Source of the DNA: Candidatus Multivoradales bacterium
Lineage (GTDB): Bacteria > Acidobacteriota > Thermoanaerobaculia > Multivoradales > JAHEKO01
DNA length: 64,000 bases
Direction of reading: 5' to 3'
Assembly: GCA_965223155.1 (NCBI GenBank)
Contig: CBDCVR010000013.1
Coordinates: 1,120,001-1,184,000, forward strand
Shown here: in pieces, positions 28,318 to 38,071 of the stretch
Position numbering within the stretch: the stretch's first letter is position 1
Layout of the letters: each line of letters starts with the position of its first letter
Notes under the pieces: generated by a model
Seen by the model: the letters and a program-made list of their open reading frames with translations, nothing else
Databases searched by the model: none
What the model was told of the DNA's origin: nothing
Position numbers and translations under genes: made by a program

Positions 28318-29309
28318 CCACCTTTCCCCACTTGGCGCAGCCTCTCTGGCTGCTGGCCTTGGCGGCGATTCCCGCCTTGGCCTGGCTGCGGCACCGACGC
28401 TTCCGGATCGGAGCCGTGTCGGTCAGCCGGCTGCCGGTCAAGCCAGGGGGCGCTTGGCGGCTGCACCTGCCGTTTTACAGCCGACTTCTGGCCCTGGCCT
28501 GCTTGGTCGTGGCCCTCGCCCGCCCACAGCTCGGCTACGCCTGGGAGGAGAGCCTCACCGAGGGCATCGACATCCAGATCGTGCTCGACGTCTCGGGCAG
28601 CATGGGCGCCGAGGACTTCAAGCCCGAGAATCGTCTGGGAGTCGCCAAGGCCGTGGTCCGGGACTTCGTCGCCGGCCGCACCGCCGACCGCCTGGGGCTG
28701 GTCATCTTCTCGGGTACCGCCATGACCCGGGCACCTCTGACTTCGGACCGAACCATGCTTCGGTTCCTGATTGACGCGGTCGAGCTCAACACCTTGCCCG
28801 ACGGCACCGCGATCGGGGTGGCGCTGGCCAACGCCGCCAGCCGGCTCAAGGACAGCGAGGCCGAGTCGAAGGTCGTGGTGCTGGTCACCGACGGCGTCAA
28901 CAACGCCGGCGCCATCGACCCCATCTCGGCCGCCGCCATCTGCGAAGGCCTGGGAATTCGCGTCTACACCATCGGCGTCGGGACCGAAGGGCGCGTCCCA
29001 GTGCCGATGCCGGTGGTCGATGAGCGCACCGGCCGCGAGGTCACCCGGCGCGTGTTGATGGACGTCGAGGTGGACGAGGAGCTCCTCCAGCGCATCTCAG
29101 AGCGTACCGGCGCCCGCTTTTTCCAAGCCTCGGATCCGGCTGGGCTGAGGGAAGTGTTTGCCGAGATCGACCGCTTGGAAACGACCCCCCTCCAGATCCG
29201 TCAGTACAGCCGTTTCGAGGAGGCCTTTCAGCCCTGGGTCTACGGCGCGCTCGCCCTGATCCTGCTGCCCCTGGCGGCGCGCGCGACACAGGTCACCGTC
29301 GAGCCATGA
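28314..29309 (+). CDS. batA: BatA-like vWA protein
   Basis: ALARPQ, MIDAS DVSGSM, GTAIG, LVTDGVNNAG, YTIGVG. Confidence 0.88.
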   Translation: MTTFPHLAQPLWLLALAAIPALAWLRHRRFRIGAVSVSRLPVKPGGAWRLHLPFYSRLLALACLVVALARPQLGYAWEESLTEGIDIQIVLDVSGSMGAEDFKPENRLGVAKAVVRDFVAGRTADRLGLVIFSGTAMTRAPLTSDRTMLRFLIDAVELNTLPDGTAIGVALANAASRLKDSEAESKVVVLVTDGVNNAGAIDPISAAAICEGLGIRVYTIGVGTEGRVPVPMPVVDERTGREVTRRVLMDVEVDEELLQRISERTGARFFQASDPAGLREVFAEIDRLETTPLQIRQYSRFEEAFQPWVYGALALILLPLAARATQVTVEP

Positions 29310-30355
29310 TGTTCGCCGCCCCCAAGCTGTTGTGGTTCCTGGTCCTGGCCCCGCTTGCGGTCCTCCTCGGAGCCGCCTTCTGGAATCGGCTCCGACGCCG
29401 CCTGACCGCCTGGGCACAGCCCGGGCTCTGGCATCGTCTGGGAATCGCCTATTCCCGCGTCCGGGTCTGGCGGTCTCTCGTGGCCCTGGGCCTGGCCCTG
29501 GCCGCCATCGCGTTGGCCTTGGCGCGGCCGCGCTGGGGCACGGTCGAGACCGAAGTCGAGCGTCAGGGCGTGGACATCGTCTTCCTGCTGGATTCTTCAC
29601 TCTCGATGGCGACCGAAGACGTGGTTCCCTCCCGGCTGGCCATCGCGAGATCGCTGATCCGCCGCCTGGCTTCGAGCCTGCCCGGGCACCGGGTGGCCCT
29701 GGTCCAGGCCGAAGGCAAAGGTCTGGTGCTGGCTCCGCTGACCACCGACGCAGCCGTGCTGGACCTGCTGCTGGACACGGTGCTGCCGGCGAGCCTGCCC
29801 GAACCCGGAACCCAGCTCGGCGACGCCCTGCGCCAGGCCGTGGACCTCTACCCTCCAGACGGTGAGAAGCACCGCGTCCTCGTGGTGGTCTCGGACGGCG
29901 AGGACCACGGCAGCGCCTGGCAGGCCTCGCTTCAGAAGCTCAAGGACGCATCGGTCGTCGTCCATACCCTGGGTGTCGGGACCCAGCGCGGTGGACCCAT
30001 CCCGCTGCCGACGGCGGACGACCGGAGCGCCCCGGCCCAACGCTACAAGCTGGACTCCGACGGCCGTGTGGTGGTCTCCAAGTTGGGCGAGTCCACGCTG
30101 GAGCGAATGGCGGCCGAGACCGGCGGGATCTACCTTGCCGTCACCAGTCCGGCCACCGATCCGGGGCCGGTCGTCCAAGCCATCGACGCCATGGACAAGC
30201 GGTCGTTCGAGGCGCGGGCGGTCGACGTTCTTGCGGAACGGTTTCAGTGGCCTCTAGGACTCGCCGCTCTCTGCCTGGCGCTCCATCTGATGGCCTCGCC
30301 ACTGGTCACCGCCGCCCGTCCAGATGCGGCTCACGCCGGAGGCCGGGACCGATGA
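29306..30355 (+). CDS. batB: BatB-like vWA protein
   Basis: FAAPKLLW, ALARPRWG, DSSLSM, PLTTD, SDGEDH, ERFQWP. Confidence 0.86.
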   Translation: MMFAAPKLLWFLVLAPLAVLLGAAFWNRLRRRLTAWAQPGLWHRLGIAYSRVRVWRSLVALGLALAAIALALARPRWGTVETEVERQGVDIVFLLDSSLSMATEDVVPSRLAIARSLIRRLASSLPGHRVALVQAEGKGLVLAPLTTDAAVLDLLLDTVLPASLPEPGTQLGDALRQAVDLYPPDGEKHRVLVVVSDGEDHGSAWQASLQKLKDASVVVHTLGVGTQRGGPIPLPTADDRSAPAQRYKLDSDGRVVVSKLGESTLERMAAETGGIYLAVTSPATDPGPVVQAIDAMDKRSFEARAVDVLAERFQWPLGLAALCLALHLMASPLVTAARPDAAHAGGRDR

Positions 30356-31173
30356 GCCGCCTCTTGCCCGCCATGCTGCTCCTGGCCGGAGGCTGGTCCT
30401 TCGGTGGCGTGGACCTCGACCGGCTGCGCTGGAACGTCCGCGAACGCACCGAAGCCGGCCTCGACGCTCTAGAAGAAGCCCGGACCGACGAGGCCGTGGC
30501 GGCGTTCGAGACGGCGGCCGGCATCGACCCGGAGGCACCCCGCCCACGCTTCAACGCCGGCACGGCCAGGCTTCTGGCGGCCGGCTCGGCTGGCTCCCCT
30601 GGCTTCACTAACCCCGGTGCCGGCGGTGCGGGCAGTGACTCCGCCGCGGCGGCCATCGCTCATCTCGAAGCAGCCGCGGCGGCCGCCGGCCCGCCGGACC
30701 GGCCGGACACCCTCTACAACCTCGGCAACGCCCACTTCCAGGCCGGCGATCTGGCCGGAGCCATCGATGCTTTCGAGGAAACGTTGCGCGTTGCTCCCGG
30801 CCACCTGGCCGCCAAGCACAACCTCGAGATCGCCCTCCAGCAGCAACAACAGCAACAAGAGCAGCAGCAAGAGGACGGCCCCGAGAACGATTCCGACGAC
30901 GACGACGACTCCGAGCAATCGCCATCGCCCGAAGGCGAGGATTCCAACGAGGAGACCGGGCCGGACGGCCGTTCGGACGATCCGGGCGAGCAGCATCCCC
31001 CAGAGCCCGAAGCCGGCCCATCCGATCTCCCCGATTTCGAGGAGCAGGAGGACATGTCGCGCGAGCAGGCCGAGGCTATCCTGGAAGCGGTCGAGAACAT
31101 GGAGCGCGAGCAGCGTCGGCGCCTGGCCGCCGAGGGCCAGAAGGATGCGGCGGCGAAGGGCAAGGACTGGTGA
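30352..31173 (+). CDS. BatC-like TPR protein
   Basis: FNAG and YNLGNAHF TPR repeats, AKHNLE, poly-Q/acidic linker, terminal KDW. Confidence 0.82.
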   Translation: MSRLLPAMLLLAGGWSFGGVDLDRLRWNVRERTEAGLDALEEARTDEAVAAFETAAGIDPEAPRPRFNAGTARLLAAGSAGSPGFTNPGAGGAGSDSAAAAIAHLEAAAAAAGPPDRPDTLYNLGNAHFQAGDLAGAIDAFEETLRVAPGHLAAKHNLEIALQQQQQQQEQQQEDGPENDSDDDDDSEQSPSPEGEDSNEETGPDGRSDDPGEQHPPEPEAGPSDLPDFEEQEDMSREQAEAILEAVENMEREQRRRLAAEGQKDAAAKGKDW

Positions 31174-32987
31174 GGCGGGCTGTCGCCGTCGCGCCAGCTG
31201 TCCTGGCTGCGCTGACTGTCCTGGCCGTGGGAATCTGCCTGGCCGCCGGGCCGGTCCGAGCCGAGGTTCGTCTCTCGGTCCGCGTGGCACCCGAGCGCAT
31301 CGGCGTCGGCCAGAGCACGCTCCTCGAGATCACCGCTCACGGCGACGGTGTCGCCGACCTCGAGATCGACCCGCGGTTCGCCCTCGAGAACCTGGAGATC
31401 GCTTCCGGTCCACATCAGTCGATGCGCTGGAACGTGGTCAATGGCAAGGCCTCGCGATCCGAGAGTCTGTCCTGGCGACTGCGCCCGCAGGCCGTGGGAA
31501 CGGCCCGAGTTCACGGCATCGTCGTGCGCGTCAACGACCAGACGTTCGAGCACCCCGATCAGTCACTGACCGTCGAAACCGAGGACGTGGCTCAGACCGA
31601 TCCGTTCGGACGGACGCGCGTGCCGAGTCCGTTCGAGGACCTGCTGTTCCCGCGACGCCGTCCGCGGCCGGGGACCGCCGAACCCAAGCTCTTCCTGCGC
31701 GCCGAGGTCAGCCCCAGCCGACCGTACGCCGGCCAGCAGGTTCTCTACACCCTGTATCTCTTCACCCAGGCCGACATCGGGTCGATCAACCCCGAACGGG
31801 TGCCGGACTTCGAAGGTTTCTGGGTGCAGGATATCCCGCAGCCCGAGCCGCTCAAGCCCGAGATGGTCGAGCTCCAGGGCGCAACCTACGGTCGTGTCGC
31901 CCTGCTCCAAAAGGCCGTCTTTCCGCTCCGGCCCGGAAGCTTCCGTCTGGATCCGGTCGAGGCTCGCATCCTCGCCAAGGTACCCGAATACGGCTGGCTG
32001 GGGACTTTCTCTTCCCGGGGCGTCGAACTGCGGCGAACCAGCAACGCGGTCAACCTGGAGGTTCGGGCGCTGCCGCCGGTGCCGCCGGAGCTCGACGCCT
32101 TCCGCGGCGCCGTCGGCCGCTTCGAGATCGAGGCCAACCTGGAGCCAAGCTCGCTCGAGGCCGGCCAGGCGACTACCCTGACCGTGGCGGTCTCGGGCCG
32201 GGGTAATCTGGAAGGCCTCAAGGCTCCCCGCCTGCCCGAGCTCGATGGAATCCGTATCTTTCCTCCCGAACAGAGTGGCAGCACTTCCATCTCCGGAACC
32301 CGGGTCCTGGGCGACAAGCGCTGGAGCTACGTCCTGGTGCCCGACCGCGCCGGCGAATGGACGTTGCCGGCGTTGCCCCACGCCTACTTCGACCCCTGGG
32401 AAGGCGCCTACCGTTCCAGCCGGACCCGGCCCTTGACGCTGATTGCTCGGGCCGCTGAGGTCGACTCGATCTCTACCCCCGCCGCGGGCTCCCCTACCGG
32501 GGCCGATCCCGCTGTCCCCACCGGCGCGAGCGCGTCCGGAGGCCCTGGGGCAAGAGCGGACGCCGGTCCCGAGGGCGCCCGTTGGTGGCTCTCGCCAGCG
32601 CTCTGGCTGGGAGCGAGCCTGCTGGCCATGATCGGCTTCGTTGCCGCCGGCCTGACTCGCCGGGCCGGCCGCCGCGGCGCGCGCGCGGCTACGCTCCGGG
32701 ACGAGATCCGCTCCCTGGCTTCCGAGTCCAGAAGCCGCCGAGCCGCCGAGCGCATGGAAGCGGCCTGGCGAAGCTACCTCACAGATCGCTACGACCTGCC
32801 CAGAGCTTCTGGCCCGGAGACCTGGCCGAGCGCTCTCGCCGGCAAGATCCCCAGAGGCGCGGCCACCGAGCTGGCGCGCTTCCTCGAGGATCTCGAGCAG
32901 CTGCGTAGCGCGCCCGAGCTGGCGGCGTCCGCGGCACTCCAGGCCGAGCTCACAGCCCGCGCCCTCAAGCTCTCCAAGAGCCTCTGA
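31170..32987 (+). CDS. batD: BatD-like protein
   Basis: Signal peptide, repeated beta domains, FRGAVGRF, GRGNL, YFDP, C-terminal TM. Confidence 0.85.
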   Translation: MRRAVAVAPAVLAALTVLAVGICLAAGPVRAEVRLSVRVAPERIGVGQSTLLEITAHGDGVADLEIDPRFALENLEIASGPHQSMRWNVVNGKASRSESLSWRLRPQAVGTARVHGIVVRVNDQTFEHPDQSLTVETEDVAQTDPFGRTRVPSPFEDLLFPRRRPRPGTAEPKLFLRAEVSPSRPYAGQQVLYTLYLFTQADIGSINPERVPDFEGFWVQDIPQPEPLKPEMVELQGATYGRVALLQKAVFPLRPGSFRLDPVEARILAKVPEYGWLGTFSSRGVELRRTSNAVNLEVRALPPVPPELDAFRGAVGRFEIEANLEPSSLEAGQATTLTVAVSGRGNLEGLKAPRLPELDGIRIFPPEQSGSTSISGTRVLGDKRWSYVLVPDRAGEWTLPALPHAYFDPWEGAYRSSRTRPLTLIARAAEVDSISTPAAGSPTGADPAVPTGASASGGPGARADAGPEGARWWLSPALWLGASLLAMIGFVAAGLTRRAGRRGARAATLRDEIRSLASESRSRRAAERMEAAWRSYLTDRYDLPRASGPETWPSALAGKIPRGAATELARFLEDLEQLRSAPELAASAALQAELTARALKLSKSL

Positions 32988-33001
32988 CCAAGAGCCTCTG
33001 A
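32974..33001 (+). repeat. Perfect 14-bp tandem duplication spanning the batD stop codon
   Basis: CCAAGAGCCTCTGA twice, followed by a GGCCCC-GAA-GGGGCC hairpin. Confidence 0.85.
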
Positions 33002-33110
33002 GCGGCCCCGAAGGGGCCCGATGCCGGCTGTGGATTATCTAATTGTTACACCTCCGGCGCTCTGCTAGATTGCCTGTTTCCGACACCGAGACCGTCCCGG
33101 GACGGACGCG

Positions 33111-34244
33111 ATGATCGAGTACTTCAGCCTGGAACCGCAAGACCTCGAGACGTTCCTCGAGCGCAGGCGCGCCTTGCCTTCGTTCACGCTGGACATGAGC
33201 CTTGCCGACAACCTGCGGGAAGTGCTGCGCAAGGCCAACGAGTTCGTACCTTCGCTGGCGGGATCGATCTTGCTCGACAATCCGGCCGAGAAGAAGATCG
33301 AGCGGGGGGACAACTCGCTGACCTTCATCGCCGCGTTCGGAGCAAAGGGCCGCGCACTCCTCGGCAAGGAAATCTCGGCCCAGACCGGAATCGCCGGGCA
33401 CGTGTACCGCACCGGGGAGTCCTACGTGTCCTCCGACGTCAACCAGGACAGGTTGCATCACTCCATGTTCGAGGGCGTTGACGCCAACCTGACTGAATCC
33501 CTAGTAGCGATTCCGATTCGCATCGAGCAGGAAGTGTGCGGTGTCCTGGAGTTGGTAAACCGGGACCAGCGTACCCACTACAGCGACCGCGACGTGAATC
33601 TGCTCGAGATCTTCGCCGAGTACATCTCGATCTCGATCCAGAACGTCTTGGACGGCCGCCAGGCCCAGGAGATCGCCAAGCGCGACAATCTGACCGGCCT
33701 CTACAACGACCGCTATCTCCACATCGCTCTGTCCAAGACCATCGCCCGCTGCCGGCGCGACGGCGAGGACCTGGCCCTGCTCTTCCTGGATCTGGACTTC
33801 TTCAAGCGGGTCAACGACTCGCACGGCCACTTGGCCGGCAGCCAGGTCTTGCGCGAGGTGGGAGCGCTGATCCGCCATGCCACCCCCTACGAGGGCGCGA
33901 TCGCGGCTCGGTACGGCGGCGACGAATTCGTGGTCGCCTTGCCGCGCAAGGATCTGCTCGAAGCCATCAAGATCTCCGAGCAGATCCGGCACGAGATCGT
34001 GACCCGCACGTTCTGCGACCAGCCGGGTGAAATCTTGCCCGACCCGATCCATCTCACCGGCCTCACCTGCTCGGTGGGCGTCGCCACGCTCCGCCGCCAC
34101 CTGCACGACGATCTGCCGGTCGAGCAGTGCAAGTCCACACTGCTGAGGCTGTCGGACGCGGCCATGTACGTAGCCAAGGAAACCGGCCGCAACCGTACCG
34201 CAACCGCCGGCGAGCCGGTGCGCCGGGTCAGCGTCGGCGACTGA
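33111..34244 (+). CDS. GAF-GGDEF diguanylate cyclase
   Basis: GIAGHVY and VCGVLELVN GAF motifs; DNLTGLYN, DLDFFKRVND, ARYGGDEF, DAAMYVAK. Confidence 0.9.
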   Translation: MIEYFSLEPQDLETFLERRRALPSFTLDMSLADNLREVLRKANEFVPSLAGSILLDNPAEKKIERGDNSLTFIAAFGAKGRALLGKEISAQTGIAGHVYRTGESYVSSDVNQDRLHHSMFEGVDANLTESLVAIPIRIEQEVCGVLELVNRDQRTHYSDRDVNLLEIFAEYISISIQNVLDGRQAQEIAKRDNLTGLYNDRYLHIALSKTIARCRRDGEDLALLFLDLDFFKRVNDSHGHLAGSQVLREVGALIRHATPYEGAIAARYGGDEFVVALPRKDLLEAIKISEQIRHEIVTRTFCDQPGEILPDPIHLTGLTCSVGVATLRRHLHDDLPVEQCKSTLLRLSDAAMYVAKETGRNRTATAGEPVRRVSVGD

Positions 34245-34443
34245 GCCGCCGGCTCATCCTTACGGCCCCGTCCTTCGTTGACCCTCGATTCGGGCGGCTG
34301 CTAGCATCCCCGTTGCAGTCGCTGGGCGGCGCCCTTGGGCCGCCACCGGCACTCGAAGCGCACCCGATTCGTTCCGAAACCAGCCCGAGAATCCGGGACG
34401 CCGGACCCGGTCCGGCCCGCTCCCGCCGCCACGGAGTTCCGTC

Positions 34444-35772
34444 ATGACCGTAGCCGATACCGCCTCGACTTCAGACGTCCACGCGCGCCTCTCCAAACAC
34501 ATCCTCGCGGACGGGTTGCCCTTCGTTCTGGACCTCGAGCGCAGCCATGGCCCGTACCTGGTAGATCGCGTCACGGGCCGCGAGATCCTGGATCTCTTCA
34601 TGTGCTATGCGACCTGTCCGGTCGGCTACAACCATCCGGTACTGCATGATCCGGCCTTCACCGCCCGCATCCTTCCCGCCGCGCTCAACAAACCCTCGAA
34701 CTCGGATTTCTACACCGAGGAGATGGCGGACTTCGTGGACGCCCTGGCCCGGACGCTTCCTCCCGAGCTGAACGAGCGCATGTTCTTCATCTCAGGCGGC
34801 GCGCTCGCGGTCGAGAACGCGCTCAAGACAGCCTTCGATTGGAAGATGCGCAAGAACCTGGCCAAGGGCCGCGGCGCCAAGGGCCGCCAGATCATCCATC
34901 TGAAGGACGCTTTCCACGGCCGCAGCGGCTACACCCTCTCGCTGACCAACACCGATCCGGCCAAGACCGACTACTTCCCGAAGTTCGACTGGCCTCGGGT
35001 CACGAATCCGCGGCTGGAGTTTCCGCTCACCGACGAAGTCCCGGGGCGCGTCGCGGCCGCCGAACGCGAGTCGCTGGAGCAGATCAAGCAAGCGCTGCTC
35101 GAGAACCCCGACGACATCGCCGGCCTCGTCCTGGAACCAATTCAGGGCGAGGGCGGCGACAACCATTTCCGGCCGGAGTACTTCCAGGCCCTGCGCGAGC
35201 TGGCCGACGAGGAGGATTTCCTGCTCATCTTCGACGAGGTCCAGACCGGCTTCGGGGCCACCGGTGCCTGGTGGTGCCTGGAGCACTTCGGCGTCATGCC
35301 CGACGTCGTGGCCTTCGGCAAGAAGACCCAGGTCTGCGGCATCTGCGCCACCGAGCGCGTCGACGAGGTGGATTCGGTCTTCCAGGTTTCCAGCCGCATC
35401 AATTCCACCTGGGGCGGCAACCTCGTCGACATGATCCGCTGCGAGCGCTACATCCAGATCATCGAAGCCGAGGGACTGATCGCACATGCCGCCTCGGTGG
35501 GCGACTACTTCGTCCGGCGTCTCGGAGAGGCGGCGGGCTCCTCGCCGCTGGCCATGACCAACGTGCGCGGACGTGGCACGTTCGTCGCCTTCGATCTGCC
35601 CGACACCGAAACCCGCGAAGCGTTGCTGGCGGCGATGGTGGACGCCGGCCTCCTGGGCTTGCGTAGCGGCCCCCGGGGCATTCGCTTCCGCGGCCCCCTC
35701 GATCTCACCGAACAACACGTCGACGACGCCGTCGAGCGGCTCGGCAAGGCCGCGCGGGCCGTGGCGGCCTGA
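34444..35772 (+). CDS. lat: L-lysine 6-aminotransferase
   Basis: ALNKPSNSD, GGALAVENALKTAFDWK, AFHGRSGYTLSLTNT, DEVQTG, FGKKTQV, SRINSTWGG. Confidence 0.92.
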   Translation: MTVADTASTSDVHARLSKHILADGLPFVLDLERSHGPYLVDRVTGREILDLFMCYATCPVGYNHPVLHDPAFTARILPAALNKPSNSDFYTEEMADFVDALARTLPPELNERMFFISGGALAVENALKTAFDWKMRKNLAKGRGAKGRQIIHLKDAFHGRSGYTLSLTNTDPAKTDYFPKFDWPRVTNPRLEFPLTDEVPGRVAAAERESLEQIKQALLENPDDIAGLVLEPIQGEGGDNHFRPEYFQALRELADEEDFLLIFDEVQTGFGATGAWWCLEHFGVMPDVVAFGKKTQVCGICATERVDEVDSVFQVSSRINSTWGGNLVDMIRCERYIQIIEAEGLIAHAASVGDYFVRRLGEAAGSSPLAMTNVRGRGTFVAFDLPDTETREALLAAMVDAGLLGLRSGPRGIRFRGPLDLTEQHVDDAVERLGKAARAVAA

Positions 35773-35844
35773 CCGGCCGCCCTGGCGGCTAGCGCGACCC
35801 AATCAGACCGACCCGACCAGTTTCACAGATCAAGAGGAATCGCC

Positions 35845-37395
35845 ATGTCCGCATCCAGCACCGCACCTGCTACCAGTCGCCATTCCGAGCTCCTGGCCGC
35901 GCTCGGCATCGGAGAAGAAAACTCGGGCGTCTACTGCGGCACCTGGCGCCCCGGCGACGGCCCGGCCGTGGTCTCCGTCGACCCGGCGACCGCGACTCCG
36001 ATCGCCTCAGTCACCACGGCCTCGGCGGAGGATTACGAGGCCACCGTCACTAAGGCGGTCGTAGCGTTCGAGGCCTGGCGTACCTGGCCGGCACCCAAGC
36101 GTGGCGAGGTCGTGCGCCTCGTCGGCCAAGCGCTGCGCGCGCACAAAGACGAGCTGGGACGCCTGGTGTCGTTGGAGATGGGCAAGATCCTGTCCGAGGG
36201 TTTAGGCGAGGTCCAGGAAATGATCGACATGGCCGACTTCGCTGTCGGTCTGTCGCGCCAGCTCTATGGGCTTGCAATGCACTCGGAGCGACCGGCCCAC
36301 CGGATGTACGAGCAGTGGCACCCGCTGGGACCGGTCGGAATCATCAGCGCCTTCAACTTTCCGGTGGCGGTCTGGTCCTGGAACGCGTTCATCGCGGCGG
36401 TCTGCGGCGATTCCATGATCTGGAAGCCGTCCGAGAAAACTCCGCTCACCGCCGTGGCCGTGACCAAGATCGCAGCGCGGGTGCTGGAGGAAGCCGAGGC
36501 GCCGCCCATCTTCAACCTCCTGGTCGGAGACCGGCATCAGGTGGGCGAGCCAATGACCGCCGATCCCCGCATTCCTCTGGTTTCCGCCACCGGCTCGGTG
36601 GCGATGGGCCGCGCCGTGGGCCAGGCAGTGGCCAAGCGCCTAGGCCGGAGCCTCCTCGAGCTGGGCGGCAACAACGCCATTCTGGTCACCGACGACGCCG
36701 ATCTCGACCTGGCCTTCCGGGCGGTGCTGTTCGCCGCCGTCGGCACCGCCGGGCAGCGCTGCACCACCACCCGCCGGCTCTTCCTCCAGCGCGGCATCGC
36801 CGCCGAGATGAAGCAGCGGCTAGTCGCGGCCTACCCGTCGATCTCGATCGGCGACCCCCTGGATCCCTCGGTTCTGATGGGTCCGCTTGTCGACGAGACG
36901 GCGGTCAAGGACATGATGGCTGCTCTGGCCGCGGCCGAAAGCCAGGGTGGCAAGATCCTCTATGGCGGCAAGGCCATCGAGGACCGCGACGGATTCTTCG
37001 TCCAGCCAACGATCGTCGAAGCGACCGCCGGCATGCCGATCACCTGCGACGAGACTTTCGCGCCCATTCTCTATGTCTTCGAGTTCGACGATCTGGAGGA
37101 GGCCATCGGGCAGCACAACGCGGTCCCGCAGGGGCTGTCCTCGGCGATCTTCACCCTCAACATGCGCTCGGCCGAGACCTTTCTGTCGCCGGCTGGCTCG
37201 GACTGCGGCATCGCCAACGTCAACATCGGCACCTCGGGGGCCGAGATCGGCGGCGCCTTTGGCGGCGAGAAGGAAACGGGCGGCGGTCGCGAGGCCGGCT
37301 CCGACTCCTGGAAGACCTACATGCGGCGCCAGACCTGCACCATCAACTACGGCACCGAGCTACCCCTGGCCCAGGGCGTCGAGTTCGACGTCTAG
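35845..37395 (+). CDS. ALDH7/antiquitin-like piperideine-6-carboxylate (aminoadipate semialdehyde) dehydrogenase
   Basis: ISAFNFPVAVW, LELGGNNA, GTAGQRCTT, SDCGIANVNIGTSGAEIGGAFGGEKETGGGRE; directly after lat. Confidence 0.9.
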   Translation: MSASSTAPATSRHSELLAALGIGEENSGVYCGTWRPGDGPAVVSVDPATATPIASVTTASAEDYEATVTKAVVAFEAWRTWPAPKRGEVVRLVGQALRAHKDELGRLVSLEMGKILSEGLGEVQEMIDMADFAVGLSRQLYGLAMHSERPAHRMYEQWHPLGPVGIISAFNFPVAVWSWNAFIAAVCGDSMIWKPSEKTPLTAVAVTKIAARVLEEAEAPPIFNLLVGDRHQVGEPMTADPRIPLVSATGSVAMGRAVGQAVAKRLGRSLLELGGNNAILVTDDADLDLAFRAVLFAAVGTAGQRCTTTRRLFLQRGIAAEMKQRLVAAYPSISIGDPLDPSVLMGPLVDETAVKDMMAALAAAESQGGKILYGGKAIEDRDGFFVQPTIVEATAGMPITCDETFAPILYVFEFDDLEEAIGQHNAVPQGLSSAIFTLNMRSAETFLSPAGSDCGIANVNIGTSGAEIGGAFGGEKETGGGREAGSDSWKTYMRRQTCTINYGTELPLAQGVEFDV

Positions 37396-37522
37396 CCGAG
37401 CCGTCTCGGCCGTCGGTGCGGCCGCGTCCCCGCCCGGTACTTGATATCCCGAGTAGGGGCTGCGGCGAGACGTTCCGCGAGGAGACGAGGACCCCGCTCC
37501 GGCTTCTTCCCGAGACGGAAGG

Positions 37523-38059
37523 CTAGCCGCCGCCGGCCGCCAGCCCCCTCCGGATCTGCGGGAGATGATGCTTCTTGTGCTCGATCATAAAGGTCAGAGC
37601 CTGCTTGAGCGTCAACGCCCCCGCCACCGGATGCCGGTAGACGGTTCGGTCCTCCAGTTCTTCCGGAAAGCCGGCAACGAAGGTTTCGAGCTCGGCGCGA
37701 GTTGTCTCCCAGGCCGCCAAGACGTCGGCCAGGGCAGGAGCCTCGGCAACTCCGCCGGCCTCGGGAGGCGCCTTGGCCTTGAGCCGGGTGCGCAAGAAAG
37801 CGGTGAGCAAGGCGAGCTTGATCTTCGCCGCCAAGCCCGCTCGCGGCAGGCCGGTGCCGCCCTGAACCTTCTTCTCCAAGTAGCGGACCGAGCGCGCTTC
37901 GGCGCTCTGGAGGTGCGACAGGATCTGGTTCGCCGACCACTTCCCGGGCGCCGGTTCTCGGGTCAGCCTCCCGGAGTCGACGCCCTCGGTCAGACCGATG
38001 AGCTCTGCCTTGAGGTTGGTCAGCGTTTCCATGAGCCGTTCGATTTCCTGACTTGGCAT
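37523..38059 (-). CDS. DinB family protein
   Basis: KWSANQILSHL, HPVAG, EHKKHHLPQI. Confidence 0.85.
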   Translation of the reverse strand: MPSQEIERLMETLTNLKAELIGLTEGVDSGRLTREPAPGKWSANQILSHLQSAEARSVRYLEKKVQGGTGLPRAGLAAKIKLALLTAFLRTRLKAKAPPEAGGVAEAPALADVLAAWETTRAELETFVAGFPEELEDRTVYRHPVAGALTLKQALTFMIEHKKHHLPQIRRGLAAGGG

Positions 38060-38071
38060 AGATCGCTCCTC

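Noticed and set aside
30838-30910. CAG/CAA and GAC trinucleotide runs
   Set aside because: They encode the poly-Q/acidic linker typical of BatC-like proteins; not a CRISPR or contingency locus
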